From Nitrospirota bacterium (GTDB taxonomy: Bacteria; Nitrospirota; Thermodesulfovibrionia; Thermodesulfovibrionales; UBA9159), in assembly GCA_963699545.1 (NCBI GenBank), contig CAVOUE010000009.1, forward strand, positions 1 through 64,000: 64,000 bases of DNA, read 5' to 3'. Shown here piece after piece: positions 19,747-28,432 of this stretch (the stretch's first letter is position 1; each line of letters begins with the position of its first letter). The notes below the pieces were generated by a model. That model did not search any database, was not told the DNA's origin, and saw only the letters and a program-made list of their open reading frames with translations. The translations under genes were made by a program, and so were the position numbers.

Positions 19747-21336
19747 TTAGAATATCCGCAGATAACCCGAGAGCACGCAGCGCCGCTCCCTGGTGAAATG
19801 GCGTGCAGAGGTCATCCCCTCTCCGGAAAAACTCGCAATAGTTAAGGACGCACACCCTTCACCTTCGATCCCGAGTCCGTCATAACAGGGCCCGTTCTTT
19901 ACCAGCAGCGTACAGTCCGCTGCCTTAGCCATCTTTGTAAGGGTGTCCACGCTCAGGGAGTGAATTATGGCAGTATGCTTGAAACCATGCTCAGCCCTGA
20001 CCGCCATCCCAATGGCCTGATCTACGTCCCTGGCCCTTACCATTGGCAGCACAGGCATCATCAACTCGCTCCAGACAAAGGGATGCTCATAGTCCGTTTC
20101 GGCCATTACGAGTTTTATATCGTCGCCGACCTGAACGCCTATCTCGGCTAAAATTACCCTGGCATCCCTTCCTATGAAATGTATGTTCGGAACTCCGGCT
20201 TTGCCTGGGCCCCGGTTTTCACTGAGAAGAACTTTCTCCAACCGCTTAAGCTGCCATTGGCTGAGCTCATAAGCACCGAGCTCTTTCATATGAAATTTGA
20301 GCTCATCAGCCACCGCCTCGACGACGATAAGTTCCTTTTCGGTGATGCACGGTATGTTGTTGTCAAAACTCGCACCGTCCACGACGTCCTGCGCCGCTTT
20401 CCTGATATCCACTGTCTCGTCAACGACCACGGGTGGATTTCCCGGGCCTGCTGCTATCACCTTCTTGCCATGCTTCATCGCTTCCCGTACTACCCTCATC
20501 CCACCCGTGACAACAAGGAGCCTCACATCGGGATGGTCCATAAGTGTCTGGGCATTGGCAATTGAGGCCTCGCTGATCGACGTGAGAAGGTTGAATGGGC
20601 CTCCGGCCGACCGTATCGCTTTATTCAGCAATCTCATGGTGGCCAGAGAGACTTCCCGGGCCGAGGGATGGGGGCTGAAAACCACGCTGTTGCCAGCAGC
20701 CACCATCCCGATTGCGTTACAGGCAACAGTAGCAGAGGGATTCGTAACTGGCGTTACCGCTGCGATCACGCCCCAGGGCGCACGCTCGCCTAGGGTGAGG
20801 CCGTAATCGCCGGTATAAGCAACCGTAGATACGTCTTCAACGCCGGGAGTCTTTTCCGCTATCAACTGGTGCTTGATGCTCTTGCTGTCGAGCCTGCCCA
20901 TCTTGGTCTCGTTTACGGCCATGACAGACAGGACGTCGCCGTTCTTCATGAGCGCCTCCCTCATGGCGGCGATTATCTTTTTCCTCGTACTCAAAGAAAC
21001 GTCTTTCAGTTCCAACTGGGCCTTTTTTGCCGCGGCTACAGCTCCGTCGATGGTAGCAAATACTCCCCCTTCCTCCCCGTCGGGAGCGGAAAGAACATGG
21101 ACATCGCCAGACTGCTGAACCAAAGGCGCGGCTGCCCCTCCGGCTGGCAGCACAGAGTCCTTTTCCTTGCCGGCATTCAGAGGCGCATCATCGGAGGTTA
21201 AGTTCTTCCGCTTCTTCCATACGAAATCTCCCGATCTGGTTACGTGAGAGGTGCTGTGCACGTTGGACTTAAAGGTAATTCTGTCCAGCGCCTTTTCCAC
21301 AAGAGACTCTACGGGACTACCCACATCATCAGCCAT
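19747..21336 (-). CDS. CoA-acylating aldehyde dehydrogenase (EutE/PduP family) with N-terminal extension
   Basis: TPVTNP, FSPHP, TGG, AGPGNPP, catalytic NNIPCITEK, ELMMP and FTRERRC motifs. Confidence 0.93.
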   Translation of the reverse strand: MADDVGSPVESLVEKALDRITFKSNVHSTSHVTRSGDFVWKKRKNLTSDDAPLNAGKEKDSVLPAGGAAAPLVQQSGDVHVLSAPDGEEGGVFATIDGAVAAAKKAQLELKDVSLSTRKKIIAAMREALMKNGDVLSVMAVNETKMGRLDSKSIKHQLIAEKTPGVEDVSTVAYTGDYGLTLGERAPWGVIAAVTPVTNPSATVACNAIGMVAAGNSVVFSPHPSAREVSLATMRLLNKAIRSAGGPFNLLTSISEASIANAQTLMDHPDVRLLVVTGGMRVVREAMKHGKKVIAAGPGNPPVVVDETVDIRKAAQDVVDGASFDNNIPCITEKELIVVEAVADELKFHMKELGAYELSQWQLKRLEKVLLSENRGPGKAGVPNIHFIGRDARVILAEIGVQVGDDIKLVMAETDYEHPFVWSELMMPVLPMVRARDVDQAIGMAVRAEHGFKHTAIIHSLSVDTLTKMAKAADCTLLVKNGPCYDGLGIEGEGCASLTIASFSGEGMTSARHFTRERRCVLSGYLRIF

Positions 21337-21350
21337 TTTTCACCTCCCTC

Positions 21351-21671
21351 TCACAATGTGACAGGCGGAGCCTGCCAGATGGGAACTTTCTGGAATTTCG
21401 CCTCGCCCGAGAGTTCCACAGTGTCCACAATACCCACGATAACCGCGTCCACCGGCCTGTCCTTGGTGATTCCGGTCTGCCGGGCAGAACTCTCCACAGT
21501 GTAAAGGACCACATCATTCGTTCCCGCTCCCACGGCATCCACGGCTATTTCGTATCCTCCGCACGGCTCCCCTTTGTAGTCCACCTTCTCGACTATCAGA
21601 AACTTGGATCCCACCATGGTATGGACCCTCTGGTCACACACGACCGTTCCTACAACCTTTCCTAAGAGCAT
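21351..21671 (-). CDS. BMC pentameric vertex protein (EutN/CcmL)
   Basis: GKVVGTVV, AVDAVGAG and PVDAVIVGIVD motifs. Confidence 0.95.
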   Translation of the reverse strand: MLLGKVVGTVVCDQRVHTMVGSKFLIVEKVDYKGEPCGGYEIAVDAVGAGTNDVVLYTVESSARQTGITKDRPVDAVIVGIVDTVELSGEAKFQKVPIWQAPPVTL

Positions 21672-21701
21672 CGGTTCGCTCCTTTCATTCTCATGTTCAG
21701 T

Positions 21702-22064
21702 CTATTTTATTTTCTTTGATTCATTGAGCTCAATGGACTTTTGCTCGGCCTGATCGATCATCGCCCAGTAGTCCCTGCCCCTCCCCAGCGGCAGTGTGAT
21801 GTCCACATTATCGTGCGGCCGCGGGATCAAATGAACACTCACCACATCGCCTACCTTTTCGGCCGCAATGCCTCCTGCCTCAAGAGCGGCCCTTACCGCT
21901 GCCACGTCACCCCTGACAATCGTGGTCACATAACCGCCGCCAATCTTTTCATAATTCACCAGTTCGACCTTGGCAGCCTTCACCATCGCATCAGCAGCCT
22001 CCACCATTGCGGCAAATCCCCTTGTTTCGATCATTCCCAAAGCTTCCGTCGTACGCATTCTCAT
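21702..22064 (-). CDS. BMC hexameric shell protein (PduA/EutM/CcmK-like) with C-terminal extension
   Basis: [25 protein letters not shown] and IPRPH motifs. Confidence 0.96.
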   Translation of the reverse strand: MRMRTTEALGMIETRGFAAMVEAADAMVKAAKVELVNYEKIGGGYVTTIVRGDVAAVRAALEAGGIAAEKVGDVVSVHLIPRPHDNVDITLPLGRGRDYWAMIDQAEQKSIELNESKKIK

Positions 22065-22092
22065 TCTCCTTTTCTTACCTGTTCCAGGTTAT

Positions 22093-22182
22093 TTATGCCC
22101 GCTCTCCAGAACGGGGTACATTGTCTCTGCCTGTCACCGACTCAAGAGCACGCCAAACCGTTTCCATCCCTGCCTCTATCAC
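22093..22182 (-). pseudogene. Duplicated C-terminal segment of the BMC-T(dp) gene in a shifted frame
   Basis: Translates VIEAGMETVWRALESVTGRDNVPRSGERA*, against the BMC-T C-terminus DVEVGMDAVHRALESVTGRDNSPAKKE*. Confidence 0.7.
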
Positions 22183-22937
22183 TCTTTTTTCGCCGGTGAA
22201 TTGTCCCTGCCCGTCACCGACTCAAGAGCTCGGTGAACTGCATCCATACCAACCTCTACGTCCCTCTCTTCGCCGCAGAAATAGAGCCTGCCGAAGGCGC
22301 CGAAATTCCTGACCTCTATCAATTTGATATTAGTCGCTTTTTCAGCTTCATTGGCTGCGAAGTTGGCATACCCGGCCGGATGTACCTCAAGAATGTAGAG
22401 CGTCTCTCCAGGCAAGATGTAGTTTGCACTCCTGCTAGTGCGGTTTATCAGCTGACACTGATAGTCGTGGACTCTCCTTATCAATTGGCTTGTCAATATT
22501 CTCGGCTTAAGCCTGTCCATCTCTGTTTTCCCCAGGGCCTCAAGAATCGCATGTCCGGATTGCAGCACCGAGCCCTGATCGCCATGATGGAACTCAAGCA
22601 TTCCAAACGCCCTCTCAACCACCTGTGCGCCAGGCATCACGTCTGTCGCTTTGACAGCGATATCCGTCAGTCTGTTAATCTCGATCCCCGGTGCTATCTC
22701 AACAACTATCGATGCCTGCCCCACTATAGGAAGATATCCTCGTGCAGTTGCTGCAACTTGCGATGCCAGCTGCGGCTGCATCTGGTCGAGAAAGATATAT
22801 ACCCTTAACTCTATGGCACCTCCTCCTGCCTTCGCGGTACCTATGGCGGACTGATATTTCGGTATCTCCGCAGCACCCTTCGTACTTGATTCAGTGATCT
22901 TTATGCCGGACGTGGGATGTGACTTCGTAATTGCCAT
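22179..22937 (-). CDS. BMC tandem-domain permuted shell protein BMC-T(dp), CcmP/CsoS1D-like
   Basis: LRVYIFLDQMQPQLA, EIAPG, VVERAFG, ANEAEKA and GAFGRL motifs of gated double-stacking trimers. Confidence 0.92.
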   Translation of the reverse strand: MAITKSHPTSGIKITESSTKGAAEIPKYQSAIGTAKAGGGAIELRVYIFLDQMQPQLASQVAATARGYLPIVGQASIVVEIAPGIEINRLTDIAVKATDVMPGAQVVERAFGMLEFHHGDQGSVLQSGHAILEALGKTEMDRLKPRILTSQLIRRVHDYQCQLINRTSRSANYILPGETLYILEVHPAGYANFAANEAEKATNIKLIEVRNFGAFGRLYFCGEERDVEVGMDAVHRALESVTGRDNSPAKKE

Positions 22938-23386
22938 ACTCTGCTCTGCCTCCTTCTTACTGATTTAATGTCGTCTGCCTGGCGACATGCAGACGTTTGC
23001 TGACTTTGTGAGTTGTAAATGCTCTCATTTGCTCTTTCAGATTCTGGGGATCTTAGATCTTCTGGGATTGAGCGCTGGCTCCAGAAATAAATTCCGTATT
23101 CAGAGCAAAAGCCGTTCGAGCCGCCGGCTGCCACTTCAGACCACACTCTTGCAAGCCTTGCCGCTGTCTGAACCTTATCCATCACGTACGTCCAAGCCCC
23201 CTGCGTTTCGTCTCGCTCGTCTTCAAACTCGTATGCGTTCTGGGCGCACCTAGGGGAGATAAGATTGGTTGTCATGCAACCTGTTGGTTCGCGGTCGCAT
23301 AAATAAGAAAACTGCCTTACTAAGAAATGTGAACTTATCATCTCGTCACCTACCCTGTAGAAACTTTTTTAACTATCCTTGCTTTT

Positions 23387-23415
23387 ATGTTACTCACCTG
23401 GTGTGACTTTGTCAA
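23387..23415 (-). promoter_or_regulatory. Putative sigma70 promoter of the BMC/C1 locus
   Basis: Minus strand TTGACA-N17-TAACAT in an AT-rich intergenic region, about 450 nt upstream of the BMC-T start. Confidence 0.55.
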
Positions 23416-24198
23416 TACCTTTGCTTATTTTATTTCTGGTGCTAAACAACGCTTCTTATCAGCACATTACAGGATTATCCTGCTGGTACCGAATGTTAGC
23501 TATATTTTGAGGTTTAATTATTAGTATGTTATATTGTTTTATTGCAATAATTATAGCTATCTCATATTATTCTGCCCGGCAGTTTGTCCCAAATCTTTCA
23601 CTTCTTGAATCGCTGCACCGTGCCGTTGTTGGGAGTTGCTTTCTCCATGCATCCCTCCCCGTCACCAGGATAGGCCAATGGAGCCCGGAGCAATACATCG
23701 GCACTAGCCCGATTTATTTGCAGGGATTGGAGAGATAAGCGTGTAAGGGATGCCTTGCAGAGGAGGGTCCAAAAGCTTTGCATCAAGCGCGAAAGCATGT
23801 GAAGGGCTACTCTTTATTTCTCGGCCCCTTGTCGCTTTTGCCTTATTTGTCGAAAAGCCACTGGGGCTTTCCGAATTGAAACTCAGCATTGATGCCGGCA
23901 ATGAGATTTTGTACAGAGCCGGAATGGAGTATGGCCTCAGGAAATGTCAGAAGATGGATGGAACTGAGCAAAAGCAATCGTGCAGCCGTGGGTGAAACTA
24001 ATACGGCCTGATCAGAAATATCACCAAGCTGCGAGAAATATATTGATACTACTGTGAACACTCCTCAGCTGATGGCTGGTACTTATCCTTCAGAATCTCG
24101 GGGGGGGCTGGCGTTTCAGGAAAACTGCAGTCCCCTACTCCTTGCATCATGTGTTCATATCAGGTAAGGACCCGCGTAAAGGCTCATCGCGAAAGACA

Positions 24199-26457
24199 TC
24201 AAATCTTTATACCTATAGTCTTCTTGTAGAATTGTCTGAATCGCTCTATTTTTTTCTTTTCTTCATAGTTGCCCTTGTAATTCTCCGAACAGACGTTCAG
24301 ATGAACAGCGATTCTCGTAACCTGAGGCTTTGCTAAAGTAAGCTTGGCTTTTTCGAAAACAAGCAGAGCGACGTTCCGTGATATATCGTGCCTTGAATAG
24401 GCATCCTGAACTGCGTCAAAAAAAGAAGCCTTCTGATTCCTGAGCATCAGATAAATATAATTAGCAACATCATTGTCGGCTTTTTCGAGATATTCCTCAA
24501 GATTTATACGTTCCAAGCTGCTGTCAAGATATGTCGTCTTGATATCTTTTAGCGTTATATGATTTTCCTTATCTTTCCTGTCCCTGCGCCTGGACCTGTA
24601 ATTTTTCAAGATGTCGTCGAGAAACTTGCTTAAATCTATGAAATAGGAATGATACAGTTCGGCCAGATAATGTAATGCGTCATTCTTTATATACGGGTAT
24701 CTGCCGCCATAAAGCTTAAGGACTTCAACGCTCACTTCATATTTCATTATGAGTTTATGAACATTCGCACCTACCATTTCGGAAATCATCTCAAGAAGCT
24801 TCTGCATTTTTTCCGAGAAAAAATACTTTTTCCTTGATCCAAGGTTAATCACCGCTATCGTTTCCTGCCGTACCACTATGGGAACCGCAATGGCCGATTT
24901 CATGCCAGGGCAAGGCATGAACCCGTCATTGTCGACTCCTTCTATCCCAAGAGCTACCTTGGTTTTGCCCTGCGCGGCAGCCATCCCTGATAAAGACAGT
25001 TCTTTCGTGAGGAGGTCGGCCGGAGTTCCAACCCTTACAGGCCATATATAGCTGTTATGGATATCCCCCGCCTTTGCGCCTACCACTACCCCTCCTTCTC
25101 TCTCAACAATAACGTATTTCTTGTCATTAATATTTCCAACGACGCCGATGGTCCCGCAGTCGGCGCCACTCACCACCGCAACGTTATAGAGAATCGTATG
25201 AAGAAACTCGGTAAGTCCCTTCCTAATGTCCTTCATCTTGTTGAAATCTTCATAGCTCTTATTAACCTGGAATATCTTTATGAGGTGGTCTGTGACGAGG
25301 GTGCTCGCAGAAAGACCATAGAGGACTGAATTTATCCTGGACTCGAGAACTTTCATTTGGCTCTTCAAGGGAGACTTTCCTTCCACCTTTGGAAGCATTG
25401 TTTTGACTTTCCTGACAGCATCCTGTTTCAGGTAGAAGATAAGAGCGTAAAGCAGATCTTTTTGTCTGTCTACAACAGGGTAACATATGGCAGCGGCGAA
25501 TCCCGCCTTTTTCTCCAGTTCTATTTCGAAGGAGCATGCAAAATCCCTCAAGCGAAAAAAGGACGGCGTGTGTGAAGTTTCCGGCGTAAACTTCACCTTA
25601 TCATACCCTTTTCCCATTAATTCAGACGTGAGAATGAAGGAATGAGAGCCAAATATCATCCTGCCAGTATATCTATTGTCCCTCAAAGTCTCTTCAAACA
25701 GCCTTCTGTCATTCTCATCTCGAGATGCCAAAGAAAATGGAACAAGACATCTTATTTTTTCACCGCAAACAGTATCTACGGAAGACACCATTAATACGGC
25801 CAAATCTGCTATCCCTTCCTGGATGGGCAATTCCAAAATCAATGAAGTCTTGTATGCTTTCATGACTTCTTCAGCCCATCTCTCTTGAATGACTGGTGCC
25901 CAATAATCTATGACATCCGACAGCTTCTGTCCTATTGCTCCTAAGAATTCGGCAATAACTCCTTTCAAAGATGAAAAAGCCCCCTGCTCACTGTGCTCTG
26001 AACTATCTATCGCGATTAATCCAAGAACCCTGCCTTTGATCATCACGGGAAATATCAAAGACGACTTGATATCAAGCGCTTTTCCCAGGAGGGCAGAGCC
26101 TCTCATATCCGATTCTGCATAATCCATTGCCATAATGGGCTTCGAAGATCTGTATGCTTTCGCTTCATAGGTTTTCTGCAGTGGTTCAGACAAAGAAGTA
26201 TTTTCACTCATTACGTCATCTATAGCGATGACGGTAGTTCTTGCCGGATATTGCGAGTACCCTCTCATATGAAAAGGCTCGAGAATCTGTTTCTTAGGCC
26301 CATAACATGAAGTAAGTGATAAGTATATGCGGTTCTTGGGAAGCCCGGAAATTATTTCAAGACCATCAGAAATGTCATGAAGAATAGCATTTATGTATGT
26401 CTCATCCATGCTACTTATATGGTTAACGAGCTTGTTTACTTCTTCGTTATGCAACAT
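24199..26457 (-). CDS. Large GAF-domain protein, putative sensor/transcriptional regulator
   Basis: Two GAF-like segments (SSLIFPVMIKGRVLGLIAIDS; SAIAVPIVVRQETIAVINLGS..FFSE) and a basic helical C-terminus. Confidence 0.7.
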   Translation of the reverse strand: MLHNEEVNKLVNHISSMDETYINAILHDISDGLEIISGLPKNRIYLSLTSCYGPKKQILEPFHMRGYSQYPARTTVIAIDDVMSENTSLSEPLQKTYEAKAYRSSKPIMAMDYAESDMRGSALLGKALDIKSSLIFPVMIKGRVLGLIAIDSSEHSEQGAFSSLKGVIAEFLGAIGQKLSDVIDYWAPVIQERWAEEVMKAYKTSLILELPIQEGIADLAVLMVSSVDTVCGEKIRCLVPFSLASRDENDRRLFEETLRDNRYTGRMIFGSHSFILTSELMGKGYDKVKFTPETSHTPSFFRLRDFACSFEIELEKKAGFAAAICYPVVDRQKDLLYALIFYLKQDAVRKVKTMLPKVEGKSPLKSQMKVLESRINSVLYGLSASTLVTDHLIKIFQVNKSYEDFNKMKDIRKGLTEFLHTILYNVAVVSGADCGTIGVVGNINDKKYVIVEREGGVVVGAKAGDIHNSYIWPVRVGTPADLLTKELSLSGMAAAQGKTKVALGIEGVDNDGFMPCPGMKSAIAVPIVVRQETIAVINLGSRKKYFFSEKMQKLLEMISEMVGANVHKLIMKYEVSVEVLKLYGGRYPYIKNDALHYLAELYHSYFIDLSKFLDDILKNYRSRRRDRKDKENHITLKDIKTTYLDSSLERINLEEYLEKADNDVANYIYLMLRNQKASFFDAVQDAYSRHDISRNVALLVFEKAKLTLAKPQVTRIAVHLNVCSENYKGNYEEKKKIERFRQFYKKTIGIKI

Positions 26458-26496
26458 CTCATCTCTTAGATCAATACTCTATACAAATTTATTTTT

Positions 26497-26526
26497 ATTA
26501 TATTGTGGCACGAATGTCTAAGTCAA
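26497..26526 (-). promoter_or_regulatory. Putative sigma70 promoter of the GAF gene
   Basis: Minus strand TTGACT-N18-TATAAT. Confidence 0.45.
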
Positions 26527-26810
26527 TGCAGCCCCACGAACTGAGGGGCTCTTTAAAGAAAGAGACACGTTCTCGGACGACGTCTCGCCTGAGGTTCGTT
26601 TCTTCGCTAGAACGGATGCTTGAGGTATTTTCTTTGTAAGCACCGCCGCTGACTTCATTACCGCGCTTTCGTTCATAATTACTTCCCGACTTTAAAACTG
26701 ACTAGTGGGTCATGATCGGGACAGCCCTGCTTAATGTCACGACTTTTCTAGCTCCTCACTTATTTTCGACATCCCTTCAATAATATTATATGAGGCGGTT
26801 CGACAGAGGT

Positions 26811-26851
26811 GATTTCCAGTCGTGCACCTTCGGCCACTCGGTCATCTCTCC
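26811..26851 (-). tRNA. 5' half of tRNA-Ser(GGA), truncated just after the anticodon loop
   Basis: GGAGAGATGACCGAGTGGCCGAAGGTGCACGACTGGAAATC gives acceptor 5' strand, D-arm and anticodon arm (CACGA-CTGGAAA-TC). The expected GTG, variable arm and T-arm are replaced by unrelated sequence. Confidence 0.82.
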
Positions 26852-26872
26852 ACGGTGGTTTGAAAGCGGTGT

Positions 26873-26902
26873 ATGTTAAATCATCCAAAAGAAGTTTGTC
26901 AA
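26873..26902 (-). promoter_or_regulatory. Sigma70 promoter upstream of the tRNA-Ser fragment
   Basis: Minus strand TTGACA-N18-TAACAT, about 21 nt before the tRNA start. Confidence 0.55.
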
Positions 26903-26974
26903 AATAGCGGGACATGCAGTTCCGGAAGGGATATTACTCTCGTCCGGGGCTACGGCACATTGCACAGCACAGTT

Positions 26975-28159
26975 TCAATCACCACCGCTCCTCAGCCACT
27001 TCATGGCGTCCTTCTTACTTTTTATCTTTCCGAGGAACTGCAGTTTTTTCATACCCCGCAAGACGCGGCCCAGTTCCGGTCCTGATTCCAGGCCCGTTAC
27101 CCTCATGACCTCTTCTGCAGCCAGCACAGGGGAAATCTGCAGAAATCTCTCGGCCTTTCTGAGGAAGCTCATCTTTCTCGTGAGCAATGCAATATCCCTG
27201 AGCGCATCCCCGGCCTCCGCAAACAGGTCAAAGATTCTTGAATCGCTCAAGACCGCCTCCTTCATATACGCATCCAGCAGCTTCATCGTCACAACAAGTC
27301 GCTTCTGTATCGGTCTGCTCAAACGCAGATTACACCGATGAATATCTGATCCGTAAAGAAGCTGTCCGGCCCTGAGAAGGCCGACGAAGGATAACCCCTG
27401 GGAGAACACTTGATCGAGATCGGACCTCATTGCTTCAGGTATCTTATTAAGAAATGAATTTAATCTCGAAAGAGCTTTAACATTCTCTCTTAACTGACTA
27501 GAATTTAAGGCTATAATTTCCACTAATAAACCATCCTTCAATGCCTGTTGCAGAGCGTTGAGACAGCCCTCCTGGTTTAACAATTTGTGAAATTCTAAAG
27601 TAATCCTTTCAGTGGCCGGCACCTTGATTAACTGCTTTAGCTTCCTTATTATTCCCCTTGTTCGCCTATCAATGGTCCATCCGAGTTCAGCTGTGAAGCG
27701 ATATGCTCGGAGAAGGCGTACGGGATCAGCCGCAAAATTCTTCTCCGAAATGCACCTGAGCCTGCCCCTCCCGATATCGCCTATCCCCCCCAGCGGATCG
27801 ATGAGCCCCCTTTCCGGAGACCATGCAATGGCGTTAACGGCAAAATCCCTGCGGGAGAGATCGTCCTCAATCTCTCCTTTCAGTTCTGTAAAGTCCACGG
27901 TGGTATCGCCCACAACCACCCGCACAAGGAGAGTGTCTCTGAACGCAATGACGCTTCCCTCCCCGTCCGGAAAGATCGTCGGCACAATGTCGGCAGGGTC
28001 ACCGTTCACCACAAAATCAATATCCCTGGACGCCACCCCCCGCAGCAGGTCCCTGAGATATCCGCCAACGAGGAAGACCTCCTTCTTCACACCCACTATG
28101 CGTGATACGAGGGGATGACTGAGAAGCACTTCCCGTATATCATCGGTCTTCACTTCCAT
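26975..28159 (-). CDS. CCA tRNA nucleotidyltransferase / poly(A) polymerase family
   Basis: VGGYLRD, DIDF, RRDF..NA and DPVRLLRAYRF motifs. Confidence 0.92.
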   Translation of the reverse strand: MEVKTDDIREVLLSHPLVSRIVGVKKEVFLVGGYLRDLLRGVASRDIDFVVNGDPADIVPTIFPDGEGSVIAFRDTLLVRVVVGDTTVDFTELKGEIEDDLSRRDFAVNAIAWSPERGLIDPLGGIGDIGRGRLRCISEKNFAADPVRLLRAYRFTAELGWTIDRRTRGIIRKLKQLIKVPATERITLEFHKLLNQEGCLNALQQALKDGLLVEIIALNSSQLRENVKALSRLNSFLNKIPEAMRSDLDQVFSQGLSFVGLLRAGQLLYGSDIHRCNLRLSRPIQKRLVVTMKLLDAYMKEAVLSDSRIFDLFAEAGDALRDIALLTRKMSFLRKAERFLQISPVLAAEEVMRVTGLESGPELGRVLRGMKKLQFLGKIKSKKDAMKWLRSGGD

Positions 28160-28432
28160 GCTTTTATTATGTGCCTGAGCCCTCCCATTATCAACTTATT
28201 TCTTCCCCTTCCCGGGGATGAACGGTTGACCTTTCAATAATATAATGCAATAATGATGCACGCCGTCCCCGGCAAGCACATATGACGCAATGACGACAGA
28301 CAGGCCATACAGAAAAAGGTTCAGCACGGAGGTTGCGCCGGAAGAGCGGAGGAACTGCGCCTGCTCCTGGTCTGCGCCTGATGCAGTCGGTACACTCATC
28401 ACGTCGTGTCAGGAAGGAATCCGGGGCGGGGA

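Noticed and set aside
22940-23390. Cobalamin, THF or ZTP riboswitch, or ANTAR hairpins, in the BMC leader
   Set aside because: I could not find the conserved cores by eye; a ZTP-like hairpin near 22970 is on the wrong strand. An Rfam scan is needed.
22901-24340. Short ORFs between the BMC operon and the GAF gene, including a possible integrase remnant
   Set aside because: No recognisable motifs or good RBS; may be decayed sequence.
26506-26520. TGGCACG sigma54-like -24 box on the + strand
   Set aside because: There is no -12 TTGC element and no downstream + strand gene.
28196-28402. 68-aa ORF between the CCA enzyme and the phosphodiesterase
   Set aside because: No motif or clear RBS, so there is not enough support.
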